From the NCBI RefSeq assembly GCF_006345805.1, contig NC_043006.1, positions 63,736,001 through 63,800,000 of the forward strand: DNA of 64,000 bases, given 5' to 3'. Source of the stretch: Octopus sinensis. Its lineage: Eukaryota. The number at the start of each line of letters is the position of its first letter. Within the stretch, counting starts at the first letter, position 1. Below are positions 26,053 through 38,559 of this stretch, in pieces. The notes under the pieces were generated by a model, which had not been told where the DNA came from, ran no database searches, and was given only the letters and a program-made list of their open reading frames with translations. The position numbers and the translations under genes are program-made.

Positions 26053-29000
26053 TAAAATTATTACCCAAGGTTGTTGTGTTCAAAAATCTATGAAAATGGA
26101 CTCAGTTTAATACACTATGGTGGCATTAGAGTCGGAGCTGCCCGCTTACTTGTGAATGAAAAGATCGACCATATCTGGAGCATTGAATCCTGGGTAATGT
26201 GTTGCCCCGCCTTCTTTTATCAAAGATCCCTGTTATTTCTGCTTTTCGTTTTATCTTAAAATACAGAGACCAGAACCCATGAATTTTTACAGAAGAGAAA
26301 GAAGACAACTTCAGATTAAGGGCCTATTCGCAATGTTGGTAACAGGAGTGATCCCACTAAAAGGTCTGCAGGGGTCAAGTGATGGGATTAAACTAAACGA
26401 CTTCTTACTTTTGGGCTTTATAAATATGTTTTAAGACATTTCCAGCCTTATCTCTAAAATAATTTGCAGGATGGCTAACGAGGGAGCCTCGATATGGTCG
26501 CTCGCTTCGTGAAAATATCAACCAAAGCATTCACATTACACTACCATCTTAAATGGAAAGTTGGATGATTTTGTCCTCGATATACTGTCTGAATGGTCAT
26601 GACTGGGCAGCTTTTGACCACAGGCCAGCTTAAGAGTGACCAACAGGCTGGGTTGGTCAAAACTGTACAACAATTACAGCAACCGAAGGTTCAGAATTTT
26701 AATTTTAGTTGAATAACGCCGTGCCCTAAAAGAAATTGTATTCTCACGGTCGGAGTGGATGAAAGAAGACGAACTGAATAAACCAAATAATTGTTTCAAA
26801 CGGTATAACTTGATTGATCCTTAAAAGGAAACGCAAAATAAAAAGAAAAAAAAAGAAAACGAGGTTTCGTTAATGACAATAAACAAGTAGCAACAATTTG
26901 TATTGTATATTGTTATAAACGTTTATCATGAGAAACCTCTTACTGCTCCAGAATCCAACAGAACTACTTTATTTTCCGCATATGAATAGTTTACTTTACC
27001 GTATTCATTTCTTTGTGTACCACTGGCAATAATATCGATCAGTACAGTCCATTATAGATTACTTATTTTATTGACCTCGAAAAGATAAAAGGCAGAGTCA
27101 GCCTCGACAGAATTTGAGCGGATGAAATGTCGCTAAGCATTTTGCCTGGCGTTCTTAACGATTCTGTCAGTTCGCCACCGTCACACCACGCTACAGTATT
27201 ATACATTATAAACATCAATTTTAGACAAAATAGCAACAAGCTCGTTAAGGAGACTTGAACTCGTGTCTATCGCTTGCCGCTTGAATTCAACAGTCGGTTG
27301 TTGAGCCTTCGCGATTTCCTCACCCCCGTTGGATTAGGTCTATCTTAAAATATAAATCTTGTTTAGAATTCATGTCTTTTATGTAACGGTGGGAAAATGA
27401 GAGGCAAGTATACAGCTACGCATTGGTTTGATCTTCGATCAACTCAAATGCTGTATTTCTTAAACTAATTATGATGTCATCGGATGTCTTATACCTGACC
27501 TTTTGTTTAGAAAATATTGTTTTCAAATTTTTGCACAAGGCCAGCAAGTTGATTACAAGGATTCCAGTGCTTGACTGATACTGGTTTTATCGACCCAGAA
27601 GGATGAAAGGCAAAGTCTACCACGGGAGGAATTTGAACTCAGTTTAGAAAATATTGAAAAATTTTAATTTGAATTCACCTGCTTGCAATCAGAAGTAACA
27701 AATGTAAAGGTTGATAATACACTTTCAATTCTCAGTCATCGCTCCGACGAACTTTGTCAGTTTTTTTTTAAACATGTCGCCTGCTTCTCTTCCCAAGTGC
27801 ATAATTTCTCTGTTGATCTTCTTGGTAGTCCTTTCCTTAAACTGCTACTCTCTAGATCCCATTACCATTGTCTTCTTTCCTCTCGTCTACGATGTTCAAT
27901 CCTTTAAATTTTCTTTCAATCGACACCTTTTGAACTCGTAGCCCGCCCCCCTTCTTTTCCTTCGTCATCCCTTACGCCACAGCGGCATCAAGCTTTGTTT
28001 GAGAGAAAAATCATTAAAACAAAAAAAAAAAAAAAAAAAAAAAAAAATTAACGTTTTTAATATAATCTTACAATCGTGTCTTTCCGAATGACTTGATCAG
28101 TTGAATCCTCTCACTTATAAGGTCTTCATATTCTGACATTTTAAAAAGTTCCAAGACTTAATTTTTAAAAAAATACACAGAATTTAATTGACATGATTTG
28201 CCGAGAATGTGACAAGCGATTTCAAAGATACATTCCGTTGATTAACAAAACAGGATTCCACTGAATTCCAGATTACATACAGAATTTTCTCTTTTTTTTT
28301 TTTTTGCGGGATCAAGGTCTCATAAGGGTGGCTATCCCCTTTCCATGGCATATAAGTGACCGAGATCATAATATTCCTTCTGAACGAACGCTGGTTCATT
28401 GCAAGAATAAAAACCAGTAACTTTTGAAGGGAGAAGGCACGTAGATTATTATATCGATCACTGTATTTCTTGACTGATACTTTATTGTATCGATCCTGAA
28501 TTGATGAATGGCATAACTGACTTCGGCGGGATTTGAACTCGTAACGTAAAGAGCCAGAAGAAATCTCACTAAATATTTTGTCCGACGTGCTAACGAGCCA
28601 GTCAGCTTGCCACTTCACATATTGTACACTGGATGGTGAATATAATGCTTGAACACTCGCATCGATCTTGAGATCCCATAAAAGGCGAAAATCATGTGAA
28701 ATCAAAACATTAAAATATTGTTTAAAGCCATAGCAAAGGATTTCTAACTCGGCTCCAAAATTAAATTTTTATGGGAAAATATTTTGAAATTATATTTATA
28801 CCATTTGATAAAAGGTTCGAATTTTATATCTTGCTGAAAAAAAAAAAAAAAAAAAAAAAAAAAGGTAGCTCCATGTTTATAGTCAAAATTCGATTTTAGT
28901 TTCAAAAAAGTTCGGAATATATTTTCCTAATATGCTTGAAACTTAATTTTCAAGACATTTTAGAAAATACAAAAAAAAAAAAAAAAAAAAAAAGATAACC

Positions 29001-29120
29001 ACCAGTATTTAACTTTTTTTCATGAGATGTTGCTGTGGAAAATTAATTATTATTCAATGTACGGTGGGGATAAGAGAATTATAAACCAAAGTCTTTAATA
29101 CATTCAACATAAGTTGCTCT

Positions 29121-30737
29121 CTTAGTTCCCCTTGTTCAGAGTTAATTCTTCCTAATTTTGTTGCTCCGTATGCATGTGTATTGCTTGCTCAGTTCCACTT
29201 TACAACTGTTTATTTGTTGAGTGTTAATTTTTGTTAAACATTTTGTTGCACGGTTTTTGTCTGTGTGTGTTGAGACAGACAAGGAAGAAGTGGACGGCCC
29301 CTCCCTACCGGGAGAGATGGCCAGACGAAGTATGTTCGAAAGTGTGTCGGATTTATCGACTTCTGAAGAAGAACTTGAAAAGGCGATAAAGAAAATGGAC
29401 AAGCAATTAGGCAACACATACGCAGGAGTGACAAGAACGGAGGAAAGAGAAATAGACTTGGCCAAGTTTCCAAGCTACCAGGCATTTATTAAAAAGGTCG
29501 GCGGTGAAGTGGAGTTGTCACTGCCACCAAAACGAAGAGAGTTGCATGAACGAAGGACCATCAAGTACCGAGTTTATGCCAATGGAAAATAGAAGTCGTC
29601 GGTATGGAAACAAAAGAAGAAGCATTAAAAAGAACGGAAGAAGACATAATATTCTTGGCAAGAGGCATAAATTTCGGTACAGTGGTGGTCCAATTCAAGA
29701 ATGAAAGTGTGGCGAGGAAAATGGCAGCGAGAACGGTGAAGACAGAAAAGGTGTTCCTTCTGCCCTCATATCTGGGTAGAAAAACTACTCGGATCAGTGT
29801 GGAGGGGATAGTGGCAGCCGTAATCAGTGGATGTAAGGAAGAAGTTGACATCCTCCATGCTACAGTGAAGGATGAAGGGGTGCAGTTTTGGAATTGAACG
29901 GGCAAGCGGAGGCTGAAATATTGGAACAATTGGCTGAGAATATCAGAATGGGAAGTGTTATTATGAGAGTGTGGTTGGAGGGAAGAGCTCCACGCTGCTA
30001 CAAGTGTGGCCTGAAAGGTCACTTAAGAGCTAACTGCCCTCCCCCATCAAAGGAAATTGATGCGGAACCTCAAAGAGAGGTAGTGGCCAAAGAGCAGATA
30101 TCAACGGAGAAAGACACAACGGAAGAGGAGGAGGTACAAAAGGAATGGGAAGAAGGCAGAAGGAGGAAGAGAAGAAGGAAAATAAATAGTGCTGAACCCC
30201 AATCCACCCCAACACCAGCCGCACCCTCTGAGACCCACCCTTCCCCTGCAGACAGTGAACCCACCCGCTCCCCACCAACAAGAAAACAAAAAAAAGAAGC
30301 AAACAGACAAGATACCGCAAAAAAACCTAGGCCCAATTTTCTAGGTATTTCGAGGAAAAAAGACGTAAAAGAAATATTGAAAGACTATCACTGGTGTGAC
30401 AAGGACAGTGATAGGTACGCTGTAATCTCGGAAGAACGTATAGAAGAATTCGTGGAAAAATGCAAAAAGAAAAACTATAAAGTGTTTAGATTTGAAATAG
30501 ATGAGATAATAACGGAAATGGAAAAGAGATTTGAGATGAAAATAGAGCACAATATGTATTACATTCAGGATAAAGTACGAAGGACACGTAAGTGATGCTA
30601 GCGGATGGGGCCGTTAGCATCACTTTCATTTTTCATTTTCGTATTTCAATTTCCATATTTATGTAATTGTGAGGTTTTATGTCCCCAATGTTTGTATTGT
30701 CCCCTCTGTGTAGCCCTTTATGGGTAATAAAGAAAAG
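29121..30737 (+). mobile_element. non-autonomous retroposon encoding only a gag-like/ORF1 CCHC protein (HAL1-like architecture)
   Basis: 14-bp TSD ACATAAG(T/C)TGCTCT at 29107-29120 and 30738-30751. The ORF runs 29317-30595 with two frameshifts and a CYKCGLKGHLRANC knuckle; AATAAA at 30726. No endonuclease or RT inside. Confidence 0.8.
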
Positions 30738-31401
30738 ACATAAGCTGCTCTGAGCTGCGTTAAAAAGAATGTGGCTACTACAACAGTGATGGTCGAAGCA
30801 TTCTGATGATCAGTTGAAAAGCATTGCTTTCAATCCCAGCTACAAGTCCATTGCACTGTCGAAGCGTATCATGGACAATTGCTGGAAGAGGAGTTTCACT
30901 GGGTTTTATCCGTGATTCCTCGCAGCAAATACCAAAACAATTTTTTGGTGAAAATGAAATGAATGAAGAAGAGTTATATATTTCAGCACCATGGTTGGAG
31001 AAGAGGAGCCTGCCACAGAAAGAGTATGTGAAACGTTGGAAGGATGTGATGAGAAAGGTGGGTGTTAGTAACCCAGCTTAATCATCAAAGAAAGGAAAAA
31101 TTAGTTGCTGGGCCTTATAGGCTGCCGGGTTCAAAATTCGGAACCTGCACTTCTCCCCCTTTTCATTTTAACATATGTTATGTTTTCTAATGTTACTAAA
31201 AAAAAAAAAAAAACGCACTAAAGTTCTCGTTATAAAGGCAAAAGTAAGCCAAGTTTTCGTTTATGTCATATTATAACTAAATTTTTAAGTTTCATTCGAA
31301 CTCTCATAACATTCTTTGTAATTGTTTGTCTTGTTATGTCCAAATTTATGTAAAATCGTATGATTATAATAAAGATTTTATCTTTCAGCACCATGACGTC
31401 A

Positions 31402-31988
31402 CCTACCGCAGTCACATCCGTCTCCTCGAGCGCTTCCACCAGCGATGTCTCCGCACCATCCTCAACATTCACTGGAGTGACTTCGTCACAAACATTGATG
31501 TTTTGGAGCAGGACGAGATCCCCAGCATTGAAGCCATGCTACTGAAGTACACCACCTCCGATAGGTAGGGTATGTCTCCAGAATGGAGAACCATCGCCTT
31601 CCTAACATTGCCCTGTTTGGCGAACTCTCCACCGCCCACCGTGAGAGAGGAACCCCGAGGAAACGCTACAAAAACTGCCTCAGAAAGTCTCTCACCGCAT
31701 GTCATGTTGACCACCAATGCTGGACAGACCTGGCTGCGGACCGTGATGCCTGGCGCCACACGATCTTCAACGCGATCAATGGGTGAAGAACACAGAAGAG
31801 AGGCGCATAAAGACAATAGACACAGGGGGAAGGCCCGAGCCGCTTCTGACACCACACCGGATGTTACCTTCATCTGTGGACACTGCTCACGAACCTGCCT
31901 TTCCCGCATCAGACTTGTCAGTCATGAGCGTGCATGCAGACGACGTGGACAACCTTCCTAATATTCGTTCGCAAAGCCAAACCATGGA
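31402..31988 (+). mobile_element. 5'-truncated RTE LINE
   Basis: LERFHQRCLRTILNIHW, RMENHRLPNIALFGEL, RGTPRKRYK and a C-terminal CGHCSRTCLSRIRLVSH finger. ATGACGTCA is duplicated at 31393-31401 and 31989-31997. Confidence 0.9.
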
Positions 31989-33479
31989 ATGACGTCATCG
32001 TCGTCGTTGCACGGAGAGTAGGGAGTGAGTGCTTTGAGGTTTTTTTTATCACGAAGTAAAAAAAACTTCAGGATACGGTCGTAGCTAGCAAGGTCACACT
32101 ATTTGAGGTATCTGACCGGCTGGAGGAAGAGGAGCTAGCTCAATGGATCTGCGAGTGGACGCAACCAATGAAGGTAAGAAAGAGGGTGAACAAAGTTCAA
32201 GGTAGGCCACACAAGCAAAAAAAAATGAATACAGCGTACAGACATGTTTTACGCACTTAAAGAATCTGCTGGGGCAACCCACCAGTCAGACAACAAAAAG
32301 ACATCAGCGCCACCATTGGACGACCACACAATTACTATAACTGAGCTGAAGTGAAGCAGGAGTTCGCAGATCCAAGGAATGAGCGCTGAATCTGACGAGA
32401 TGTCATCTGCAGATCTCGAGAACTGCAGCCTGGAGGACATCTTGCGAACCATCTGCGACACACCACAGAGGAAGAGAGCTAAGCAGGGAGCCGTGCTTTC
32501 TTTCGAGTAACTTGTGGTAGCAGTGAGACTTGGGGATCAAAGCTTTAAAATCGGATGATGTTCAATCGGATAAAGTTTGCCATTAACATCAAGCAACCAG
32601 AATTATTTCGCATCAGTCACTACAAATAGACAAAAATTCAATTTCTTTCATGACAGTTGATTGCAATGTACACATAACTGTGGGGGAGGAATGTGTTGGC
32701 ACAAGTTCAGATGTAGACCGATGTAATTTTTCTATGAGACATTTCATACATAGGTTTATTATAATTCTACAAAGAAATAGTGAGTCTAACCCACGTGCCT
32801 GTGGAAATTAAGAAAAGGTTTTCATCGCATGCAAGCACGAAAATAATGGTGTGGATGGCTACCCAGTAAGAGATGATGTCGAACTGTAAATTATGAAAAT
32901 ATATTCCCAACGGAAGTATCAAATTTTAAATTACCAATAATACAGATTTGTGTAGCTTGGTTCTCTTCTAACAGAGCAATGGTCTTCGTACAATATGGAA
33001 AAATACCTTCCAAATATTCAATAATTAGAAATACAGTTGTTAACCAATGGGACAACTTTACTGATGTCAATTTTCCTGTTGCCTGTACACGCAACAGGGA
33101 GATATTCGAGAACAGTTCTCGACCGGGGTCTATGATATCTCTGCTGAGTCCGCGCAAGCAAAATAGTAAATTGGGGGTCCACTAGAATTTTAAGGGTCCA
33201 TGAAAAAAATTTTGCTTTGGATGTATTTATTGCAAGAAGGGGGCTTCTGTTTTACACAGTTCAATAGGTTTTCAGTCAGTGAAATATATTCTCAAAAGGA
33301 AATCTTATTGCAGACCCACGCAAGTGAATGAGTGAAAAACTAAATAGGAATTTTGAAAGTATCTATAAAACAAGGTTTTAAGTGTCGAATAGCTGTGGGG
33401 TCCACCAGAATAAAATAGAAATCAAAGGGGCCCATTATTAAAAAATGATTGATAACAACTGGTCTAGAAAGAGTGATTC

Positions 33480-34400
33480 TACAAAGTCGGAAACCCTAAA
33501 ATGACGCTGGTCAGAAAATTATTTTCGGAGCAGTTTGTATTTATGGAGGTTGACCAACGAAGAGCGTTGAAGTTAATACCGGAACGAGACCGGGCTTTCT
33601 GTCATCCTTTTCCAGTTTGTCATTGAATGGATCACGAAGAAAACCTCACACAGTAAATAGACCAATCACAACTAGAGGAACAAGATTTTACCTTTCTTTT
33701 GGCATTGTTGTTTCACATTCAGTAGCAAATGCAGAAAATGGAGACGATTCTGGCCTACAACTTCGAAAGTTACAAAAAAAAAAAAAAATTGAATAATAAT
33801 ACTTCAGTTTTACACTGTCATCGCAGAACCAATTAGCCTTTACATTCCTAGGCAGCAGTATCGACAAAAAGATAGCCTCGTTGGATATGTAATGGTAAGA
33901 ATTGGCAAGGATATCAGCTTTTCCAGATATCTAACCTTCGCCAGAAAGATCAGACTACTCCAACATTAAAATCTTGCTTTTGGACTCGATTCTCTAGCAA
34001 GGCTATGGAGACTCTGATGATCTGAGCTTCCCTAATTACACTGCAATTTGTTGTAAGACGAGATCAGACATTCATGCCCTTATATCAAGAAAAGAAATCT
34101 CGCGCAACAAAATCGGAGTACGCTTGAATTCCAAGATGGATTAATGCCCTACAACTGAGCTGACCACGAATCGTTTTAGACTGTAGCGGATACCACAATC
34201 ACTTAAGCCTAATGGGATTCATAACGGGCTAAGAAACGGACAACATTGTATGTAGAGGGCTCGCCTAGAAGCACTCAATGACAAAAAGTTCCAGACAAAT
34301 ACAGAAATAGAATCCTTTACAGGCGTGATCCTAAGGCCGTTGAACAGTCTTTTGGACGTTAAAAGTGACCAATGAGCAGTTTGACGGGCATTATCTGAAC
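33480..34400 (+). mobile_element. heavily decayed RTE-like RT fragment
   Basis: Faint remnants resembling TG.RQG..S..LF, FTFLGS and YG.ET motifs; no open frame. Confidence 0.35.
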
Positions 34401-34896
34401 ACCCGGTGATGCCACCAATCAAGTCATCATCTCGGAAGCGGTTCACGAAAAGGAAAACAAAGTTCTTCCAAAACTAGTCAAGGCCTTGGGGGGAAAATGC
34501 TGCCCTAACAGTTGAAGTGAAGACACCGATGACAAAAAAAGAAGTGAGGCGTAACCGTCATTGTGTCCAGTCAAAAGATGTTTCAACCGATAAATGGTCT
34601 ACTTTAAGTTCAAATCCCACAGCAGGGATTGTTAATCCTGCCGATGCAAATTATGAAGAGTTGCTTCAACTGACTAAACACTCGACGTTATTTAGTTTTA
34701 TCTCCAGTCATGTTTAATCAAATAAGGTTGATCTTGCCAGTCAGTCACATTCGCCATAAAAGTTCAGTAAAGAAACCTTCAAAACAATAGAAAAACTCGA
34801 CGGTATTCTAATGGAGGTTCATCATCAACAAAAAGTTATGAGAGATTAAAGTATTTGTATATAGCGAAATGTATATTCTCATTCTTATTGTAAACA

Positions 34897-35271
34897 CTAG
34901 CAGTATCGCCCGGCGTTGCTCAGGTTTGTAAGGGAAATAACTATAAAGCATTTTTAGAGAGTTATAGCCAAAAAATGGAAAAAAAATGATGGTAAATTTT
35001 TTTTTTGAGAGTAATAAAAGGTTGAGTTGCGTCCCCTAGACAGTCTGTGGTTTGTTTTTTTTTTATTCTCGACCCCATGTCGAATTTATCGATTTTTTCA
35101 GACTGGGGGAACTTTTCAAAATTTTCGCTGCGTTAGTTTTGAATTATGACATTGGGCTATGTGTGTGTCAAGTTTCATCAAATCGGTTGAAAGCCGTGGT
35201 CAGGGTGAGGGTACGAGAAAACAGACACACAGAAACACGCACAGACAAACTGCCGTTTATATAGAGAGAGA
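34897..35271 (-). mobile_element. 375-bp non-autonomous Helitron related to the 2476-8525 element
   Basis: The reverse strand starts A|TCTCTCTCTATATAAACGGCAGTTTGTCTGTGCG, matches ~2476-2740, and ends GCAACGCCGGGCGATACTGCTAG|T. Confidence 0.92.
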
Positions 35272-36103
35272 TAACGGTGAGTTAAGTAATACATCATTAC
35301 ATATAATCTTAAATTAGAAACAAACAAAAAATGTACAGCAGAGGCGTTGCCATCTGAATAAATACATTATCACGAAAGTAGTCGTGATTGTTGAAGAAAA
35401 TTTACTAAAAACTGGAAAAAAAACTATTTTAAAATGTGTATTCGAGAATAAGGAAAAGAGAAAAACAACAACAGTTGGTCTCCAATTCTGGAATATAGCA
35501 GCGACACATTTTGTAAACGATTTTTTCAAATAGATTACCAGCTTCGTTTGAATGTTTGGAGTAGTTTAGGTCGGGAGGGATTTGAAAACTAATATTGACT
35601 CACCACCGTTTTTGAGATTTTTTTTTTGTAACTACGCCCTTTAAAATATTAAAGAGAGTATCTTTCTTTTTCCAGTTTAATTTACTACAGTTTTTAGAAT
35701 AAGTCTGACCAAATTGCTCGACTGAAGCACCACTTGAAATTACGATATACCAGCCATTAAAAAGAATTGCATCGCATCCATGGCACTCAACGAATGTTAG
35801 TTCTTTCAGTGTTGACACAGGAACCTGAAGTCAACTTTAATTCCATCCATATTATATTTCTTTCTGATAGAGAGGGAAGCTACAAGATGGCGGCGATACG
35901 TTAAACAAATTAATACTTGGCAGACATTTTCTTCTCACCTCGTTACTTTTTACATTTTTTTTTCTGTCCGTTTTAATAATAATACAATTATAACAATGAA
36001 GGAGGTTGGCACTTCAGAATTGAAAGCTGAAGAATCCACCCATCAAGCTCTTTCACAAATATATAATAATTTCTGTAATACGTCAAGAATATCGTCATCT
36101 CTG

Positions 36104-36481
36104 CTACTCATGATGGTCTTCCAAGAATGAGCTTCTTCTAGAAGATGCTGGACTGATAACTGGGAAATCTAATAGTCCGATTTTCTCTTCGGTTGGTCGA
36201 TTCGTGGATCTCTTCCCTTTGAACCAAAGACACAACGACAATATCACCATTGCACCGAAGAGAACACAAATGCTGACCAAATACAGAATATCCTTTTCGT
36301 GCACGTATATATTGGTCAGTTCGTGAAAACGTGGTACGAATACTTTCTTGTGATTTTGACCAGTTGACTGTATGTGGTCAACGATGTTAGCTGCCATCAC
36401 TGGGTTCGTCACAAGAGCGGTTGTGTTGTTCATGCTGTTGTTCTGCTCCTCTTTAACGCCGAACATAAAACCTTCATCCAT
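36104..36481 (-). CDS. candidate 125-aa single-pass membrane protein, unknown family
   Basis: Non-repetitive ORF with Kozak-like ggaATGg, N-terminal NxS/T sequons, a hydrophobic helix ILYLVSICVLFGAMVILSLCLWF followed by KGKR, and a Ser-rich tail. No family recognised. Confidence 0.45.
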   Translation of the reverse strand: MDEGFMFGVKEEQNNSMNNTTALVTNPVMAANIVDHIQSTGQNHKKVFVPRFHELTNIYVHEKDILYLVSICVLFGAMVILSLCLWFKGKRSTNRPTEEKIGLLDFPVISPASSRRSSFLEDHHE

Positions 36482-36604
36482 TCCAGATTTATTCGTAAAT
36501 TACTCACCGTTACTTCCGGTAAATAAATAGTAGCAGAGGTGGGTGTTGCAGAAGTGGTAGGAGTAGCCGTAGTGTTGTAGTTGTTGATGATGGTGGTGGT
36601 GGTG

Positions 36605-36638
<34 letters not shown>

Positions 36639-37729
36639 TAGTAGTAGCAGCAGTAGTAGTAGTAGTTGCTGATGATGATGATGGTTGTTGTTTTTTTATT
36701 CCCCACCCTCTCCGCAATAAAATTGTTTTCTGCCTCACGGTAAAATTCATTATCAAATTAAATAAAAACCAAAAATAAAGGAAATGAGTTCGATCCCGCC
36801 TGTTGTTACGTCAACATTTTGTTTTACATAACCTTTCGACATTTGTGTGACTAAAGAGGGAGCGATCTGCCCCGGGCGACGCTTTTATAGAAACGGCATT
36901 TCAGGGCTTGCTGTATAAATCTGTATAGGGATTAAGGGCTTTGGGTGAGAAACGCAACAACCTCAGGGGCTGCCCTGAGCGGCATACATCCTAGTTACGC
37001 CATCACCTTCCGTACTATGTGTATTGCAGATGATAAAGAGCCAAACTTTGAGATATTGATTTCAAATTTTGGCAGAAGGCCAGCAGTTTCGCGGGAGGGG
37101 ACAAGTAATTGACATCAACCCCACTGCTGTACTGGTACTTATCTCAATGACCCCGAAATGATGAAGGGCAAAGTCGACCTCGGTAGAATTTGAACACTGA
37201 ACGTAAAGACGGACAAAATTCCTATTTCTTTACTACCCACAAGGGGCTAAACACAGAGAAGACAAACAAGGACAGATAAACAGATTAAGTCGACCCAGTG
37301 CATAACTGGTACTTAATTTATCAACCTCGAAAGGATGAAAGGCAAAGTCGACCTCGGCGGAATTTGAACTCAGAACGTAACGGCAGACGAAATTCCGCTA
37401 AGCATTTTTGCCCGACGTGCAAACGTTTCTGCCAGCTCGCCACCTGGGGAATTTTTTTTTTTTTTTTACGAAATCACCCGTTGTCCTTCGATGATTTCGA
37501 TCTGTCTGTCGGTCGACGGAGAAACTAAAAAAGTGTATCGAAAAAAAACCACTTGACCGCACCGCACCTATCCACACCAATACTCTTTAGAAGATAAAAG
37601 AGAAACTGGATGTTGTTACTTTTATGCCTTTCCCTGGCTGAGACTGAAACCATTATGGTCTTCAGATTATTCAGTCAGAACGGACGACGAAAGCGGACGA
37701 AATAAACCAAATAACTGTTGATGTAGATT

Positions 37730-38200
37730 AAATTCTTTATTCGGCACAAAGGCCTAAAACACAGAGGGAACGGTACAAGGACAGACAGAGAGGGTACACG
37801 TAGGGTCATGAAATATAAAAACGATGAATGAAATGAATATATGTACAAAATGAGGATGAACGCCATTGCCTGAGCCCCATCCTCAAGCAATTACGTTTTT
37901 ACTGTTCGTTGTCTATTAAATCATTACATCAATTTTACTTACCCTACTAAATAAAGGTTCCAATTCTTTATATTCTACCACCGGGGGTACGGTTTCAAAC
38001 TTCGCCTCTCTCCCCAGTGGGCCTATATCAGATTTGTAACATTTTGTTAATGTTTCGTATTTTAGTTTATCAATCAAAATGCACTTTATTTCAGCTGAGT
38101 AGATTTTAGAAAGTTTCACTCTGGTGATATTTCAAAACATTTTGATTGTTTTCTCTATAGATTTACTGCTTCTGTTAACTCATTATGCCGTTTGAATTGT
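37730..38200 (-). mobile_element. 3' remnant of a third ORF1-only-family copy
   Basis: Reverse strand: hairpin ATTGCTTGAG-GATGGGG-CTCAGGCAAT, a T-rich tract, then an CCCTCTGTGTTTTAGGCCTTTGTGCCGAATAAAGAA tail. Confidence 0.55.
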
Positions 38201-38559
38201 CGGGGTTTCACCGTGTTGTGTGTCTGCTTTTAACGTAGAATGATCCTCAGAAAGAAACGCAAAGTAAAAGACACTTGTTTACTGTAAACAAGTAACAAGT
38301 AACAACAATTTAAGTTTGTGTTGCATATTGTTGTACGTGCTTTTCTCTTCAGAAACATAAAATTAACTAAACATAACTCATGCAGACATCAAAAATGAAC
38401 GTGTCACAGACTAAAACATCTTTTTCTAGTTACTTTAGCTATCTACGTATTGGTCCTTTACTTGTTTCAGTCATTTGACTGCGGCCATGCTGGAGTACCG
38501 CCTTTAGTCGAACAAATCGCTGTATATTTTCCTTTCCTTTCTGCTTTCGCGATAATAAG

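Noticed and set aside
32050-32520. GC-richer unique-looking segment as a possible exon
   Set aside because: No sustained ORF, recognisable motif or splice-site pair; left unassigned.
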